Below are positions 32,092-41,486 of a DNA stretch of 64,000 bases, piece after piece (positions within the stretch are counted from its first letter, which is position 1; each line of letters starts with the position of its first letter). The position numbers and the translations under genes are program-made. Below the pieces are notes generated by a model. It ran no database searches, was not told where the DNA came from, and saw only the letters and a program-made list of their open reading frames with translations. The DNA is from Acidobacteriota bacterium (GTDB lineage: Bacteria > Acidobacteriota > UBA6911). The stretch is taken from positions 4,576,001 through 4,640,000 of the forward strand of contig OY761556.1 in NCBI GenBank assembly GCA_963664705.1, given 5' to 3'.

Positions 32092-34071
32092 ATGTCCCTG
32101 ATCTTACTGGCGGTTTTGATACAGCTTCTTTGCGGATCCGCAGCATTTCTGATCCGCCGCAGCGATCGCATGTCCTCCGGTCTTGGAGCCGCGGGACCGG
32201 TGATCGGGTTGCTGCTGGTGTTGTCTCCCGCGTTGAACGCCCTGCGGGGGACTCAGATTCCCGCTATCCGCGCACCCTGGAACATGCCTCTTGGCTCGAT
32301 TGTCCTCGGGCTGGATGGACTTTCCGCAATATTCCTGATTCCGATCCTCGGCTTGGGCGCCTTCGCAGCTATCTATGGGTATGGCTATCTTCGACCCTAC
32401 CGGGAAACCAGATTTCTCGGCACTGCCTGGTTTTTCTTTAACACGCTGATTGCCAGCATGGCGCTGCTGGTACTCGCACGCAGCGTCCTGCTCTTTCTCC
32501 TGGCCTGGGAAGTCATGTCGCTTTCCTCCTTCTTCCTGGTAGCCTTTGAAAGTGAGAAGAGCCAGGCACGGCAGGCAGCCTGGACATACCTGGTCGCAAC
32601 GCATCTGGGAACGGCCTTTCTGCTCGCCATGTTTCTTCTGCTGGGAGCTCATTCGGAGACTCTTGATTTTTCCCAGTTGGGTGGACTGTCTCCTCATCTG
32701 GCCGGATTGTGTTTTGTGCTTGCGGTGATCGGATTTGGCACCAAGGCGGGCATTCTGCCCTTTCATGTGTGGCTGCCCGAGGCGCACCCGGCTGCCCCAA
32801 GCCACGTGTCTGCACTCATGTCCGGCGTGATGATCAAAACCGGGATTTATGGGATTCTGCGCATACTCACCTTTCTCGGACCGCCTCCTGCATGGTGGGG
32901 TCTCGCGCTGATTGCCCTGGGATTGATATCGGGCATTGTTGGCGTGCTGTTTGCCATGGCGCAGCACGATTTGAAGAGACTTCTCGCCTACAGCAGCGTA
33001 GAGAATATCGGCATCATCGTAACGGGCATAGGGGCAGGGCTCTTCGGCATCAGTATTGGATCCCCGGTCCTGTCCATCCTCGGTTTTGCCGGCAGCCTGG
33101 TTCATATCGTCAATCACTCCATATTCAAAGGCCTCCTCTTTATGGGCGCAGGTTCTGTACTGCACAGAACTCATACGCTTGAAATCGACCATCTTGGCGG
33201 GCTAATCAAAAAAATGCCCTGGACCGCCGCCACCTTTTGCATTGGAGCGGTAGCCATCTCGGGGTTGCCTCCGCTGAACGGCTTTGTCAGCGAATTCCTC
33301 ATTTACATGGGCGCATTCAAAGGCGCAACACTGCTCAAAGGCGGATCCACGGTTGCACTCCTTGCGATTATTGCGGGACTCTCTCTGATCGGGGGATTGG
33401 CAACGGCTTGTTTTACAAAGGCATTCGGGATCGTGTTTCTTGGGGAACCGCGCTCCGAGCATACGGCACATGCAGTGGAGTCTGAGAAAAGCCTCCTCCT
33501 GCCCATGGTTCTCCTGTCCGCCGGGTGTCTTGCAGTCGGCTTGACCGGTTTTCAGATTGTCCGGTCGCTGCCATTTGTTCTCAAGGATCTTGTGCCCTAT
33601 GAAGCCGCCGCCATCAGCGCGCAGCTGTCCCTGGCTTCCGGCGCTCTCATTTCTTTTGCAGTTGGCGCTTTGATTTTACTCGCGTTGATTGCCCTGATTG
33701 TGTTTTCCCGTTCCGCGCTTCTGTCCGGCCGCACGGTACGCAGGGCGGGTGTTTGGGATTGCGGCTACATCAAACCAACCGCTCGGATGCAATATACGGC
33801 CTCTTCCTTTTCCCAGCCGCTGATCGATCTGTTCAACGTCTTCCAGCATGGACGCAAGCGGTTCAAGGCACCCAAAGGCTATTTCCCCGCGGCGGCATCC
33901 TTTGAAACCGCTACGTTGGACACATCGAGGGAAAATGTCTACCGGCCCCTGTTTAAAGGTGTCGAAGGAATGCTGGCAAAAATGAAAGTAATGCAGCACG
34001 GACGGATTCAGCTTTACGTTCTGTATATCGTTTTTACTCTGGCCGTCCTGTTGTTTTGGAAACTGCGATGA
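32092..34071 (+). CDS. hyfB: HyfB-like antiporter subunit of Ehr complex
   Basis: WEVMSL, PFHVWLPEAHPAAPSHVSALMSG, WDCGY, MQYTASSF. Confidence 0.9.
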   Translation: MSLILLAVLIQLLCGSAAFLIRRSDRMSSGLGAAGPVIGLLLVLSPALNALRGTQIPAIRAPWNMPLGSIVLGLDGLSAIFLIPILGLGAFAAIYGYGYLRPYRETRFLGTAWFFFNTLIASMALLVLARSVLLFLLAWEVMSLSSFFLVAFESEKSQARQAAWTYLVATHLGTAFLLAMFLLLGAHSETLDFSQLGGLSPHLAGLCFVLAVIGFGTKAGILPFHVWLPEAHPAAPSHVSALMSGVMIKTGIYGILRILTFLGPPPAWWGLALIALGLISGIVGVLFAMAQHDLKRLLAYSSVENIGIIVTGIGAGLFGISIGSPVLSILGFAGSLVHIVNHSIFKGLLFMGAGSVLHRTHTLEIDHLGGLIKKMPWTAATFCIGAVAISGLPPLNGFVSEFLIYMGAFKGATLLKGGSTVALLAIIAGLSLIGGLATACFTKAFGIVFLGEPRSEHTAHAVESEKSLLLPMVLLSAGCLAVGLTGFQIVRSLPFVLKDLVPYEAAAISAQLSLASGALISFAVGALILLALIALIVFSRSALLSGRTVRRAGVWDCGYIKPTARMQYTASSFSQPLIDLFNVFQHGRKRFKAPKGYFPAAASFETATLDTSRENVYRPLFKGVEGMLAKMKVMQHGRIQLYVLYIVFTLAVLLFWKLR

Positions 34072-34085
34072 AACGGGTTTCATAA

Positions 34086-34997
34086 ATGAGCTTACAGTCC
34101 GTAATCCACCCTGCTTTAGCATTGCTGATGGCACCCCTGCTCCTTGGCGTGATCAATCGCGTCAAAGCTGTCTTTGCAGGAAGGACTGGACAGCCGCTGC
34201 TTCAGGCTTATCGCGATATTGTCAAACTCCTTCGCAAGAGCGCCGTCTATAGCCATACGAGTTCATGGGTTTTTAAGGCAGGTCCAACGGTTGGACTTGC
34301 CTCCGTTCTGCTGGCGCTTGCAGTCACACCATTGGGCGGCGCCCAGGCGCTGCTGAATTTTCAGGGAGATCTCCTGCTGCTCGCCTATGTGCTGGGATTA
34401 ATGCGCTTCTTTACGGTGGCAGCCGCATTGGATACGGGATCTGCTTTTGAAGGAATGGGGGCCAGCCGCGAAGTTCAATTTTCTGCCCTGGCGGAACCCT
34501 GCCTGTTTTTATGTATGGCGGCCATCGCATGCAAGATGCAGAGTATTTCGCTCTCCACCATGATCCCTGGAATGAATCTCGGAACATGGCTCCAGGAGGG
34601 TCCTGCGCTGGCCATGATCGCGGTGGCAATGATGACGGTCCTCCTTGCGGAAAACGCCCGTATTCCGGTCGATGATCCCAATACACATCTTGAACTGACG
34701 ATGATTCACGAAGTCATGGTCTTGGACCATTCCGGGCCCGATCTGGCATTTATCCTGTATTCCTCCGCACTGAAACTCTGGGTCCTGGGAGCGCTGCTGG
34801 TCGGAATCATTCTTCCGGTTCGCACAGGAAATCTGCTGATCGACATTCCTGCGGCACTGGCGGGAATGTTGTTTATAGCAATCGTGATTGGAGTCATCGA
34901 ATCCACAACGGCCAGGCTCCGCTTACTCCATATTCCCCAGCTCCTGGTGGGAGCCGCGGTCATTGCCGTGATCGCGCTCATTCTTATCCTGAGGTGA
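34086..34997 (+). CDS. hyfC: HyfC/NuoH-like membrane subunit
   Basis: GRTGQPLLQAYRDIVKL, ENARIPVDDPNTHLELTMIHE. Confidence 0.9.
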   Translation: MSLQSVIHPALALLMAPLLLGVINRVKAVFAGRTGQPLLQAYRDIVKLLRKSAVYSHTSSWVFKAGPTVGLASVLLALAVTPLGGAQALLNFQGDLLLLAYVLGLMRFFTVAAALDTGSAFEGMGASREVQFSALAEPCLFLCMAAIACKMQSISLSTMIPGMNLGTWLQEGPALAMIAVAMMTVLLAENARIPVDDPNTHLELTMIHEVMVLDHSGPDLAFILYSSALKLWVLGALLVGIILPVRTGNLLIDIPAALAGMLFIAIVIGVIESTTARLRLLHIPQLLVGAAVIAVIALILILR

Positions 34998-35647
34998 TGA
35001 ATATGCATGAATGGCTGGAACTTGTAACAGTGCTGCTCTTCCTCACCAACCTGGCCATGCTCGGTCTGAGCGAATTGGGGGCCTGTGTACGCACGGTTGC
35101 CATTCAAGGAATCCTTCTGGGTGTTTTCACGCTGATTGCCCGGGAAGACGGCCTGTCTGCACGATTGCTTATCCTCAGCCTATTGAGCATTGGACTCAAA
35201 GGTTTTGTCTTCCCGTTCCTGCTGCTGCGAAGCATTCGCGAGGCCGGCGTGCGTCGCGAAGTCGAGCCATTCGTGGGTTATGTCACTTCCATCATTGCCG
35301 GCCTGGGCATGCTGGCCGCCGCAATCTGGCTATCCGGGTACATCCCGGTGCCCTTGACGGGAATGTCCTCTTTTCAGATACCGGTCGCCCTTTCGACTAT
35401 TTTCACCGGGTTGTTTCTCGTCATTAGTCGAAGAAAAGCCCTGAATCAGGTCATCGGGTATCTTGTCTTTGAAAGCGGGATCTACCTGTTCGGCATCACC
35501 GCAGTAGGAGAAATACCTTTTCTCGTCGAGTTTGGAGTTCTGCTGGACGTGTTCGTGGCGGTATTCGTAATGGGGATTGCGATGAATCATATCAATCGCG
35601 AATTTGATCATATTGATGCCGATCAGCTCAGCTCATTGAAAGGTTAG
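34994..35647 (+). CDS. hyfE: HyfE-like membrane subunit
   Basis: RRKALNQVIGYLVFE, VEFGVLLD. Confidence 0.88.
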   Translation: MMNMHEWLELVTVLLFLTNLAMLGLSELGACVRTVAIQGILLGVFTLIAREDGLSARLLILSLLSIGLKGFVFPFLLLRSIREAGVRREVEPFVGYVTSIIAGLGMLAAAIWLSGYIPVPLTGMSSFQIPVALSTIFTGLFLVISRRKALNQVIGYLVFESGIYLFGITAVGEIPFLVEFGVLLDVFVAVFVMGIAMNHINREFDHIDADQLSSLKG

Positions 35648-35655
35648 CTCTGGAT

Positions 35656-37134
35656 ATGGATAACGCCCTGCTGATCGGATTACTGCTTGTTGTCCCCTGC
35701 GCCGGCGGAGCCATCAGTGCATCCATGCGCAAGCCCCGTGGTATTCTCGCGGCGATGTGTACCGCCGTTGGCCTCTGGGCATTGGTGGCCGGCACCGTCA
35801 GCGGGCGCGCATTCCTTGGAGGTCCTTTCCAGGCCGCCGACGGTGCAGTCTATGTCGATGCGCTGTCTGCCTATCACCTTGGCGTAATGATAGTGGTCTT
35901 CGTCGCTGCTTCCCTGTTTGCCATCGGCTACTTCAACCGGGAACTCGATGCCGGACACATCTCCCCCAGAGGGCTGCGCCAGTTTGCCGGATTATGGTGC
36001 GGTTCTCTCGCTGCCATGACCCTGTCGCTGATTTCCAACAACCTCGGGATCATGTGGGTCGGGATTGAGGCAACAACACTGCTTACGGCTTTCCTGATCT
36101 GCATACCCCGGAAGCGGGCATCCCTGGAAGCGATGTGGAAATACCTGATGATTTGCTCGATCGGAGTGGCATTTGCCTTTCTCGGCACGCTGATCATTGC
36201 CATGTCTTCGAGTGGTATCCACATGGGGCTATCCAAAGCGCTCCTCTGGACCGAGTTACTGAATAGCGCCTCCATTCTGAATCCGAAGCTTTTGAAGCTG
36301 GGGTTCCTATGCCTTCTCGTCGGCTATGGTACAAAGGCGGGATTGGCGCCCATGCACAGCTGGTTGCCGGATGCCCACAGCCAGGCACCGGCCCCCGTTT
36401 CCGCCATGTTCTCCGGATTCATGTTGAATGCAGCGCTTTACTGCATCCTGCGGTATGTTCCGATTGTTGAAAAGGCGACGGGTCGAGTGGGCTGGAGCCT
36501 CGAGCTGCTCGCGTTGTTCGGTATCATCTCCATTCTTGTTGCTGCAGCCTTCATTGTCTTTCAGCGCGATGCAAAAAGGCTGCTCGCATATTCCAGCGTG
36601 GAACACATCGGGATCATCACCCTTGCTTTCGGACTGGGAGGCATTGGGACTTTCGCGGCGCTATTCCATACCCTGAATCACTCCATCTGTAAATCACTGG
36701 CCTTCTTCGCGACGGGAAGACTGGGACAGACCTACGGCTCTTACGACATGACGAAGATGTCCGGATCGGTTGCGGGGGCTCCCGTGTGGGGGCGCGGATT
36801 ATTCGGAAGCCTGCTCACGCTGATCGGCGTGGCACCCTTTGCAATTTTCATGAGCGAATTCCAGGTTTTGAAAGCAGCCATGGATAAACACTGGACACTC
36901 GGAGTCCTTTTGTTTTTGGGCGGAAGCGGAGTGGTGTTTGTCGGTGCGCTCCGGCACGCGATCGCAATGGCCTGGGGCAAGCCCAGCCCGGTTGCAGCAC
37001 AGGAACAGGCCGGAGTCATTGAAAAGGCCCTTGCGTTTGTGCCTTTGCTGATTCTGCTTGGCCTTGGCCTCTGGATACCCGGGCCGCTCCTTCATTTGCT
37101 GAAGCAGGCTGCATCCATCCTGGGGACATACTGA
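35656..37134 (+). CDS. hyfF: HyfF-like antiporter subunit
   Basis: EATTL, EAMWKY, PMHSWLPDAHSQAP, YSSVEH. Confidence 0.9.
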   Translation: MDNALLIGLLLVVPCAGGAISASMRKPRGILAAMCTAVGLWALVAGTVSGRAFLGGPFQAADGAVYVDALSAYHLGVMIVVFVAASLFAIGYFNRELDAGHISPRGLRQFAGLWCGSLAAMTLSLISNNLGIMWVGIEATTLLTAFLICIPRKRASLEAMWKYLMICSIGVAFAFLGTLIIAMSSSGIHMGLSKALLWTELLNSASILNPKLLKLGFLCLLVGYGTKAGLAPMHSWLPDAHSQAPAPVSAMFSGFMLNAALYCILRYVPIVEKATGRVGWSLELLALFGIISILVAAAFIVFQRDAKRLLAYSSVEHIGIITLAFGLGGIGTFAALFHTLNHSICKSLAFFATGRLGQTYGSYDMTKMSGSVAGAPVWGRGLFGSLLTLIGVAPFAIFMSEFQVLKAAMDKHWTLGVLLFLGGSGVVFVGALRHAIAMAWGKPSPVAAQEQAGVIEKALAFVPLLILLGLGLWIPGPLLHLLKQAASILGTY

Positions 37135-38642
37135 TGAACGAGCGCGCCCTTTGTGTAATTCGAAATTGTGACACGGTTCCGATCTCGAGAATCCCTGTGC
37201 TCTCCATGTCGGAGTTCAGCCGCACCGTGAAGGAAAAGATCCAGGCCGGAGAGCGGCTGTCTGCCCTTTTCGGCAGGCCCATGGAAAAAATGGGCATTCG
37301 GCTGATTGCCGTCATCGCCCGGGACGAATCCTCGACCTTATCGCTACTCTCAACCGACGCTGAGAATTCCTACCCATCCCTGACGCCCGATTGCCCCCAG
37401 GCACACTGGTTTGAACGGGAAATTGCCGAACAATGGGGCCTCATTCCGGCCGGGCATCCGTGGCTTAAGCCGATCCGTTTCCACGCACCCTACCAATCCG
37501 GATTGGCAACGGGTGCAACCGCACCTATCGGCCTGACCGATTTTTTCCAGGTCAGTGGCGCTGAAGTACATGAGGTGGCCGTTGGACCCGTTCACGCGGG
37601 AGTCATCGAGCCGGGACATTTTCGCTTTCAGTGCCATGGCGAGAATGTGTATCACCTGGAAATTTCGCTCGGCTACCAGCATCGCGGCATAGAAAAAGCT
37701 CTGATCGAAAAACCGGAAAAGCGCAGGATTCATCTGATCGAAACCACGGCCGGCGATACAACGGTAGGACATACAACCGCCTACTGCCACGCCATGGAAT
37801 CGCTGTCAGGCAACCGCGCACCCGCCAGGCCCGCTTTTCTGAGAGGCATCGCGCTCGAACTCGAGCGGCTGGCAAACCACACCGGCGATCTCGGAGCGCT
37901 TGCCGGAGACGTGGGTTATCTGCCCTCCATGTCGTACTGCGGCAGGATTCGCGGCGATTTTTTAAACATGACGGCTCTCTTTTGCGGGAATCGATTTGGT
38001 CGCGGATTGATTCGCCCTGGCGGCATCAGTGTGGAAATTGAGGAATCCCGAATTGAGGAGCTGTTGAGCCGGATCGAAAAAGCATCGGAAGACCTGTCCG
38101 GCGCGGTCGAGCTGATGTTCGAATCTCCATCGGTGCTCGCGAGATTCGAGGGAACCGGCGAGATCACGCAACAGGTCTGCAAAGAACTCGGTCTGGTGGG
38201 CCCCATGGCCCGGGCCTGCGGCGAGCGTCTGGATGTCCGACACGATTTCCCGATCTCGGTTTTCCGTTTTGCCCAAATCCCGGTTTCCACCTGGCACACG
38301 GGGGATGTCTTTTCACGGGCACTTGTTCGCTGGCTTGAGATTCAGCGATCCATTCAGTTTATTCGCGACCAACTGACCGCGATCCCGGAAGGCGCCGCCC
38401 GTATCGAAACGGGATCTCTGTCGCCGGCATCGATGGTCGTTTCGCTGGTGGAAGGCTGGCGCGGGGAGATTTGCCACATAGCGACAACGGACGATACCGG
38501 CAAACTCGTCCACTACAAGATTGTGGACCCCTCATTCCATAACTGGTTCGGGCTCGCCTTCGCGCTGCGAAACCAGCAAATCTCGGACTTCCCCCTGTGC
38601 AATAAAAGCGCAAACCTGTCGTATTGCGGACACGATCTCTGA
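37134..38642 (+). CDS. Ehr large subunit (HyfG/HycE-like, lacking the Ni-binding CxxC motifs)
   Basis: VGPVHAGVIEPGHFRF, GYQHRG. L1 site reads ETTAGDTTVGH (no RxCGxC) and the C-terminus DFPLCNKSANLSYCGHDL (no DPCxxC). Confidence 0.9.
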   Translation: MNERALCVIRNCDTVPISRIPVLSMSEFSRTVKEKIQAGERLSALFGRPMEKMGIRLIAVIARDESSTLSLLSTDAENSYPSLTPDCPQAHWFEREIAEQWGLIPAGHPWLKPIRFHAPYQSGLATGATAPIGLTDFFQVSGAEVHEVAVGPVHAGVIEPGHFRFQCHGENVYHLEISLGYQHRGIEKALIEKPEKRRIHLIETTAGDTTVGHTTAYCHAMESLSGNRAPARPAFLRGIALELERLANHTGDLGALAGDVGYLPSMSYCGRIRGDFLNMTALFCGNRFGRGLIRPGGISVEIEESRIEELLSRIEKASEDLSGAVELMFESPSVLARFEGTGEITQQVCKELGLVGPMARACGERLDVRHDFPISVFRFAQIPVSTWHTGDVFSRALVRWLEIQRSIQFIRDQLTAIPEGAARIETGSLSPASMVVSLVEGWRGEICHIATTDDTGKLVHYKIVDPSFHNWFGLAFALRNQQISDFPLCNKSANLSYCGHDL

Positions 38643-38647
38643 GGTGA

Positions 38648-39409
38648 ATGATGACCAATATCCTGAATGTGCGCGCGCACCAGAAAAAGCGCACCATCGC
38701 CTATCCCGATGCGGAACCTCAGATGCCGGATCGTTTTCGCGGCCGACCGCAGATTGAAAGATCCAGGTGCGCCGACGGCTGCTTACGATGCTCCGGAGCA
38801 TGCCCGACGGATGCCATCGCATTGGGAGCAGATGGACTGACGCTGGATCTTGGACGATGCCTTTTCTGCGGGGAATGCGCAACCGTGTGTCCGTCCGAAG
38901 CCATCACCTATACCGGGGACTATCGCCTGTCGGCGCGAAAACGCGAGGATCTGATTCTAAATAGCCGGGAAATGCCGCTGGCCGCGGCTCTTCAGCGCGA
39001 ATCGCAACGGCTGTTTGGTCGCTCGCTCAAACTGCGTGAGGTCAGCGCGGCGGGCTGCAATGCCTGTGAAGCCGATGTCAACGTGCTGAGCACTGTTGTA
39101 TTTGACCTAGGCCGTTTTGGAATTCAATTTGTAGCATCGCCTCGCCATGCGGACGGGATCCTGGTTACAGGTTGCGTAAGCCACAACATGCTCCTTGGAC
39201 TGCAGAAAACCTACGAGGCTGTTCCCGATCCGAAAATTGTAATAGCCGTCGGCGCTTGCGCGATTTCCGGGGGACCATTTATAGATCATCCCGAGATACA
39301 CAACGGCGTTGAATCCATGATTCCCGTTGATCTTTATATTCCCGGCTGCCCGCCGCACCCGATCACCATTCTGGATGGGCTGCTCCGGCTTCTCGGAAGA
39401 ATCCGATAA
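38648..39409 (+). CDS. Ehr small subunit (2x[4Fe-4S] ferredoxin fused to NuoB/HyfI)
   Basis: CADGCLRCSGACP, CLFCGECATVCP, GCNACE, GACA, PGCPP. Confidence 0.9.
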   Translation: MMTNILNVRAHQKKRTIAYPDAEPQMPDRFRGRPQIERSRCADGCLRCSGACPTDAIALGADGLTLDLGRCLFCGECATVCPSEAITYTGDYRLSARKREDLILNSREMPLAAALQRESQRLFGRSLKLREVSAAGCNACEADVNVLSTVVFDLGRFGIQFVASPRHADGILVTGCVSHNMLLGLQKTYEAVPDPKIVIAVGACAISGGPFIDHPEIHNGVESMIPVDLYIPGCPPHPITILDGLLRLLGRIR

Positions 39410-39434
39410 CTCCGCTCTCCCCGAAATGGCGATG

Positions 39435-41039
39435 CTACGCACCGCGCGCCTGGAAGGATTGAGGGTCAATCCCATATTTGGTAATGCGCAGCCGCATCAG
39501 CTTCTTGGTGATTCCGAGGGCTTGCGCAGCGCAGGCCACATTTCCACCCGCCGACCTCAGGGCATCCACGATCAGTTCCGATTCAAGCGCGGCAAGTGAG
39601 ACCTGCAGATTCCCACCATGCCTTGTATTGGTGGATTCGGCAGTCTGAATTGATGGAGGAAGCAGATGCGCATGAATGACACCGTCCGTGCTTAGAAGCA
39701 CCGCCTGGTCAATACAGCCTTCCAGTTCTCTGATATTTCCAGGCCAGTTGTAGCTCATCAACATGTCTATGGCTGACGAGGAAATCCGGCTGACGGATTT
39801 GCCGAACTTGTCGCTGGCGCGCTTGATGAAATGGTTCGCCAACTGCAGGATATCGGTTTTGCGCTCGCGCAAGGGCGGGACAAAAATGGGAAATACATTG
39901 AGTCGATAATACAGATCTTGCCTGAATTGAAAACTCCGAGTCAGGTCTTCAAGATTTTTGTCTGTCGCGGAAATAATTCTCGTGTCCGCGCGAATCGCGG
40001 TACTGCCGCCGGACCTTTCAAATTCCTTTTCCTGTAGAAATCGTAAAAGGCGGACTTGCGCAGACATCGGCAATCGGTCGACTTCATTTAGAAATAAGGT
40101 ACCCCCATCCGCCATCTCGAGCTGGCCCTTGCGTTCCCTCGCGCCAGGATGGATGCCGGACGACTGCCCGAAAAGCTCTCTTTCAATCGCGCCTTCGGAC
40201 AATGCCGCCAGGCTGATAGTGAGAAACTGTTTTGCCGCCCGAGGACTGTTCACGTGAATGGCTTCTGCCACAAGCTCCTTGCCCGCTCCGCTTTCTCCCG
40301 TAATGAACACGCTTGCCTGGCTCGAAGCGACCTGGTTCACGAGACGGCAAACTTGTCGGATTACGTGTGAATTGCCTACAATATTGGCGGGATTGAAATG
40401 ACTCAGAGCTTCGCTCCGTAATCGCGAGTTTTCTTCCTGAAGCATCCGCTCACGCTCGTTCGCTTCACGCCGTATCTCAATCGCCTGCGCAAGCAAGGGA
40501 GCAACGGTCCCCAGCAAACGCACATCGTCATCGAGGGAAGAGCCGTCCAAAAGAGAACAACCTGCGCTTACCGCGCCAATCACACCATTCCTTCCGCAGA
40601 TCGGCACGGAAATGTATGAAACGGCATCTCGCCTGTCACAGGAACCGCTTGGCGGAGCGGTCGGTTTGCCTTGAATGAGCGCCTCTTTTAAAACGCTGGC
40701 AACAATCGCGGGGACTCCGGTTTCGACAACCTTGCGCGCAATCGCGGCAGCCCACCGGTTGCCCATTCTCGATGAATCTTCCCGGGAAAATCCGTAGGTC
40801 AGATCCACCTCGATTTCACCGGTATCCGGCGTCATCAGGGTGATGGAACTGCATACCTGCCCGAAATAGTCGAAGAGCAGTGTCAGCACCGGCTGCATCA
40901 TCTCTTCCAGATTCAGGCTTCTGTTCAAAGCCTGCGAGATGTCGAACAAAAGTTGAACAAAGCGGAGCTCACGATGAATGCGAGACAGTCCGCCTTCTTT
41001 GCCGCCAAAAGTCAGATCCCCGGATATCGGTCCAGTCAT
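39435..41039 (-). CDS. NifA-like GAF-AAA+-HTH sigma54 activator with degenerate motifs
   Basis: GESGAGKE, FRQDLYYRLNV, WPGNIREL and Fis-HTH present, but GAFTGA reads GIHPGA and Walker B reads LFLNE. Confidence 0.85.
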   Translation of the reverse strand: MTGPISGDLTFGGKEGGLSRIHRELRFVQLLFDISQALNRSLNLEEMMQPVLTLLFDYFGQVCSSITLMTPDTGEIEVDLTYGFSREDSSRMGNRWAAAIARKVVETGVPAIVASVLKEALIQGKPTAPPSGSCDRRDAVSYISVPICGRNGVIGAVSAGCSLLDGSSLDDDVRLLGTVAPLLAQAIEIRREANERERMLQEENSRLRSEALSHFNPANIVGNSHVIRQVCRLVNQVASSQASVFITGESGAGKELVAEAIHVNSPRAAKQFLTISLAALSEGAIERELFGQSSGIHPGARERKGQLEMADGGTLFLNEVDRLPMSAQVRLLRFLQEKEFERSGGSTAIRADTRIISATDKNLEDLTRSFQFRQDLYYRLNVFPIFVPPLRERKTDILQLANHFIKRASDKFGKSVSRISSSAIDMLMSYNWPGNIRELEGCIDQAVLLSTDGVIHAHLLPPSIQTAESTNTRHGGNLQVSLAALESELIVDALRSAGGNVACAAQALGITKKLMRLRITKYGIDPQSFQARGA

Positions 41040-41372
41040 ATGTTCCCGTGCCGCATTCGGTTGTTTTTCACACCGATCTCCCCCGAATTCTCCTGCCCGG
41101 CATTTATCATTGCAAAGTCCGTACCAATATTGAATATTCGAATCCCTATCCCAACCGGATCAACGCATCCTGTTGATAAATATGATGAAATCCATCGCAA
41201 TCCCAGTACGGTATCTGGCAGGGTCCCGCTGCGCTGGATGACTATTTTGTATTTCATTGGGCTTGAAGGATACGGATTTGTAGGAGTGTCGCAGGAAAAG
41301 CCTTCTCTGGGAAACTGAGATAAACCGCTATCCGATCAGGGGATCTGAACAATAATCCTACCGGCTTTCCCT

Positions 41373-41389
41373 TTGGCACACATCGTGCT
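41373..41389 (+). promoter_or_regulatory. sigma54 (-24/-12) promoter
   Basis: TTGGCACACATCGTGCT (GG-N10-GC), about 100 bp before the antiporter gene. Confidence 0.65.
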
Positions 41390-41486
41390 ATGGGATAGAG
41401 TGAGCGTTTGAGTCCGTAATATGAGGAAGCGGATCGGGTGGAATTCAGACCAAAGCTTTTCCGCCGGATACAGCAGGAGGCATTGA

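Noticed and set aside
37134-38642. Group 4 [NiFe]-hydrogenase / formate hydrogenlyase
   Set aside because: Both Ni-ligating CxxC motifs are absent.
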